From Thalia democratica (taxonomy: Eukaryota): a DNA stretch of 64,000 bases. The DNA lies in assembly GCA_965202585.1 (NCBI GenBank), contig OZ241827.1:14818001-14882000 (forward strand), written 5' to 3'. The position numbers and the translations under genes were made by a program. The notes beneath the pieces were generated by a model that was not told the DNA's origin, made no database searches, and saw only the letters and a program-made list of their open reading frames with translations. Of this stretch, positions 60,592 to 64,000 are shown in pieces. How positions within the stretch are numbered: the first letter of the stretch is position 1; each line of letters starts with the position of its first letter.

Positions 60592-62618
60592 ACTACTTAC
60601 CATTGCTTTAATACCTGCGAAGTTTGAATAAGAAATGTTTAATTGTGCTTTAAATGATATAAACCAAGTGACATATAAGCCTGTTTGAGTTTATTTTAAT
60701 AAACTATAAAACATTTTATTTTCAAAAAAAAATATCGTAGAGTTTCAGTTCAAATTGTACATATATTTTTTACTGGTTGTTGATTAATGTTGTTTTAAAT
60801 AAGTTATTCATCAGGTTTAAACTCATACACATTGTTAAATCAACATAACACCTAAACTTTTGTTTCAAAAAACGTAAAATAACTGTTTTTCTATGATAAA
60901 AGTAACTTGTCATTATACATGTTGAGATGTAGAAGTCTACTTAAATTTTTCTAATAGTGCAAAAAAATAATCTACTTTAACTTACAGCTGTTAAATGATT
61001 TGTAGATGTGCAAATATAAGTTAAAAAAAACTGATAATTGCGAACAAAGATTGTTAATAGAGATTAAAACGAATTATTTTCGTTATAGCAAATCAATAAT
61101 TTATTAAAAGTATTAAGTTTTTCAAAGCCTAACGTCTTTTATGTATGTTAATCTGATAACACAATTACACAAAGTTGTTATTTGTTCTTCAACAAGTTTT
61201 ATTTTGTATCTTTTCAATAAGTTTAAGTAGTACATGCTAAGCAAAAACGAAATAATAAAATAACTTCAAATAAAAATCTGACGAAGCTGTTGACCATTAC
61301 AACTTTACCTTTTTACAACAAATAGTATAAAACTATGTGTATATATATAAACTTTACGTAAAAGGCTTATTATTAAAAACAACGTTTTCTTTTTGTAGAA
61401 AATGTATGATTAGATTAAAGCAAAAACCAGATATAGTCAATGGATAATATAACAATGAATGACACTTTACTATGCATAAATTTTTCAACTATAATTTATT
61501 AATGTGTTTAAGTTACTAAATTGTAATAAACACAAAACATTGGTGTTTACTATATTTAACTGTTTGGTTTTTAAACCCTTTTAAATAACTTATATACTTA
61601 AATTTTTTTCTAAGCAAACTTTTATTTGGGAGTGTTTTCTAAAAATCTATATAAGCCTAGAACTTAAACGTTTTATTTTTAAAAGCTGAATTTTTAAATT
61701 ATTTAATCAAATCGTACTTTAAATAATTTACTTAAACAAAAAAATAAAAATGTTGAAAATATTCTCCTACACGTATTTTTTACAATAATACAGTAGTTTT
61801 ATCAAAGCATATATTTTATTTTTAGTAGGAAGTTTTCGAATTGCCATTTTATAGTTTACATAGTCACTGCATAATAGTATGATTTAATTCTATTTACGTC
61901 TACTCACAGGTAAGAAATATTAAATAAATTATTCTTAAGGACTATAGGCTAGACTACTCAAATTTTAATTGCGATTTATTTTCAAGTAAGTTTAACTTAA
62001 AAGTAAACAAATATTTAAAGATGTAGAATTTAATGTTTTGTAACTGGAGATTACATTTGGAGGAATAAAGTAAATTACGTTTAGTGTCTCTTTGTACAAA
62101 GCCATTATAGCAGTGATACATAGAATCGTAAATAGGACTCGCACAAACTATATAAAATTACATATAAATACACTGATAAAAAGTCAATATACATATGAAA
62201 CAACCGTTAGGTTGTATATGAAACATGCTTTTTCAACTAAACGTATTTGCTAAATACAAAATAATATTAAAAAAAAATTATTGGTTTTTTGATAATAAAA
62301 TAGAAGGTTTTAGTAATTCTATGTAATTCTAATTCTTGAGTTAATTAATAAATTGTATCCTATTGTTAATTTTAGTTACTCGGTGATTAAGAGGTCTTAC
62401 TAAAAATAAGTCAAGACTTAAGGTCATTATAAATAAAGCAAAATTTGTTAAGTACTTTATTGATCATGCATCATTCGCAATAAAAAAAAGAGAAACAATA
62501 CATCAACAACTTATAAACAAAAAAGTCCAAATTTACAAAGAACTTTACTAGAGCATCAACTGCAGTAGAAGATGGAGGTAACTCGATCCGGGACATAATG
62601 TAGGTGTTCGTTTATTTT

Positions 62619-64000
62619 CTACTGTGAACTGAGCTTTAAGGAGTTCACCATATCCTTACTCAAAGTGTTAACTTGTCCAACTAAGTCTTTCAATTCTTTA
62701 AGCTTGACTTCCTTCATCAAATTTAAAGATAAGACTTCGACTTCTTCGTTCATCTCAGAAACTTTATCATTCCATATATTTTTGAACTCAGGTCTCCACT
62801 AATTTTAAGTTGATCTAAGTTTTGTGGTTGATACTCTTTAGCACCGACAACCAGACCAGTAATATCTTTCAAAAAACTGTGGCATTTGACTAAGTCTGAT
62901 TCAATTTCAATAGCCCTTTTTTTTCTAAGGTTTTTATTTAAGTTTAGACTCTCAACAACTAACTTTAAAACCTCTTTTCTGATTTTTACAGTTAAAGTGC
63001 GGAAGTTCCTTAATTTCTCTCCAAATTTACTTTTAACAACTAATTCATTATTTGTATGATGGTTTTCATGCTTAGACGCTTTGTTAAGAAAATTATTTAT
63101 ACGCTCACGAGTTTTCATCTTGACTAGATTATTTTTTAAGTTATGGAATAGCGTAAGAATTTCACCAAAATATTTTTCTTCTTTTTCAAATTTATTTATC
63201 CCTAAATCTAGCCCATCACTAAGTTCACAAAAACTATTGAAATTATCTTCAGAATTCGATTTATCTAGTCTGTTATGACAACCTCTATCATTGGCTGAAG
63301 AATTTTTAGGATTATTTTTCTCAAGTTTTTCATTTCTTGTTTTACCCGACTTTTCTAGTGCATTACCTTTGTTTCGACAAAAGGAAACATCTTCTGGACT
63401 CATCTGTGTTACAACACTTGTATTATAGTTTTTACAACCGAATTCTACAGAATTTAAAATGCAACCATGTTCAGGATTATTCTCACGTTTAACTTTGCTT
63501 TTAGTTTCTTTAACTTTTAAACATTGTGCATCTTTAATTTCAGAGGAATTATCAACACAATTTTTCGTGCTATTATTTACAAGACCATTCTTAGACTTAC
63601 TCTTGTTTTGAAGACTTTCAACCTCTAAATTTTGTTCATCACCATTTTCAGAGGATTTATTCACGGAATTTTTGTCACTATTATTTACAGGATCTTTCCC
63701 TGAATTTACTTTGCTTTGAAGACTTTCAACTTCTAAATGTAGTTCATCACCATTTTCAGAGGATTTATTCACAGAATTTTTGGTGCTATAATTTACAGGA
63801 TAATTCTCAGATTTAGCTTTGCTATGAAGACTTTGAACCTCTAAATATTTTTTATCATCTATTTCAGAAGATTTATTCTCAGAATTTTTGATGCTTTCAT
63901 TTACAGGATCTTTCTCAGAATTTACCTTGCTTTGAAGACTTTTAACTTCTAAATGTTGTTCAACACCATTTTCAGGGGATTTATTCACAGAATTTTTGAT
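62619..64000 (-). pseudogene. Paralogue B3 (5' end outside window); -1 frameshift near C-terminus
   Basis: Open from the window end to 62750. A run of 5 T at ~62779-62783 (6 in B1 and B2) shifts SKNIWNDKVSE to SKIYGMIKFLR*. The homologous stop is at 62619. At least four 36-aa repeats (63530-64000). Confidence 0.78.

Larger units (their letters stand above)
43644..64000. repeat. Tandem duplication unit 3 (runs off window end)
   Basis: Collinear with unit 1 at a few percent divergence by eye. Kelch ORF 50576-51886 matches 8315-9625, and the hAT MITE, satellite, A3 and B3 follow in the same order. Confidence 0.92.

Noticed and set aside
9156-63278. Overlapping or antisense ORFs (9156, 15750, 15880, 21164, 21574, 25957, 38839, 51417, 57756, 58061, 63081)
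   Set aside because: Shadows of the Kelch or A/B/C frames with no independent signal.
421-64000. Alternative genetic code (TAA/TAG reassigned) as explanation for in-frame stops
   Set aside because: Kelch ends in TAA and B and C end in TAG at homologous positions. The internal stops replace Lys in single lineages, and frameshifts co-occur.

Overview
AT-rich eukaryotic, probably invertebrate, genomic DNA: spliceosomal-type introns, AATAAA signals, DNA-transposon MITEs and no operons. The window is a tandem array of one ~30-kb cassette: unit 1 ~1-29927, an internally deleted unit 2 ~29928-43643, and unit 3 from ~43644 to beyond the window end. A full cassette carries (i) a probably two-exon BACK-Kelch gene without a recognisable BTB domain (6696-9625; 49327-51886), intact in both full units, and (ii) four paralogues (here A-D) of a family I do not recognise. 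A, B and C share an N-terminal signal-anchor (MIxxxFxLx[VI]SFCxLMVx[VL][IF][GS]L[ST], then a basic patch) and a Ser/Asn/Lys-rich linker (36-aa tandem repeats in B); all four share a helical C-terminal domain, with a W-N-x-K motif in B, C and D. Only copy C1 (24983-26560, 525 aa) is intact; the others carry stops, frameshifts, deletions or insertions. Comparing units reveals a composite hAT element with two right ends, a Tc1/pogo-type MITE with a probable TA-TG-TA excision footprint in the sister unit, a shared hAT MITE, a ~450-bp foldback palindrome, a 3-kb TATCCAAGTAGT satellite, a G-rich minisatellite and a 54-bp VNTR. No rRNA, tRNA or CRISPR array was recognised.
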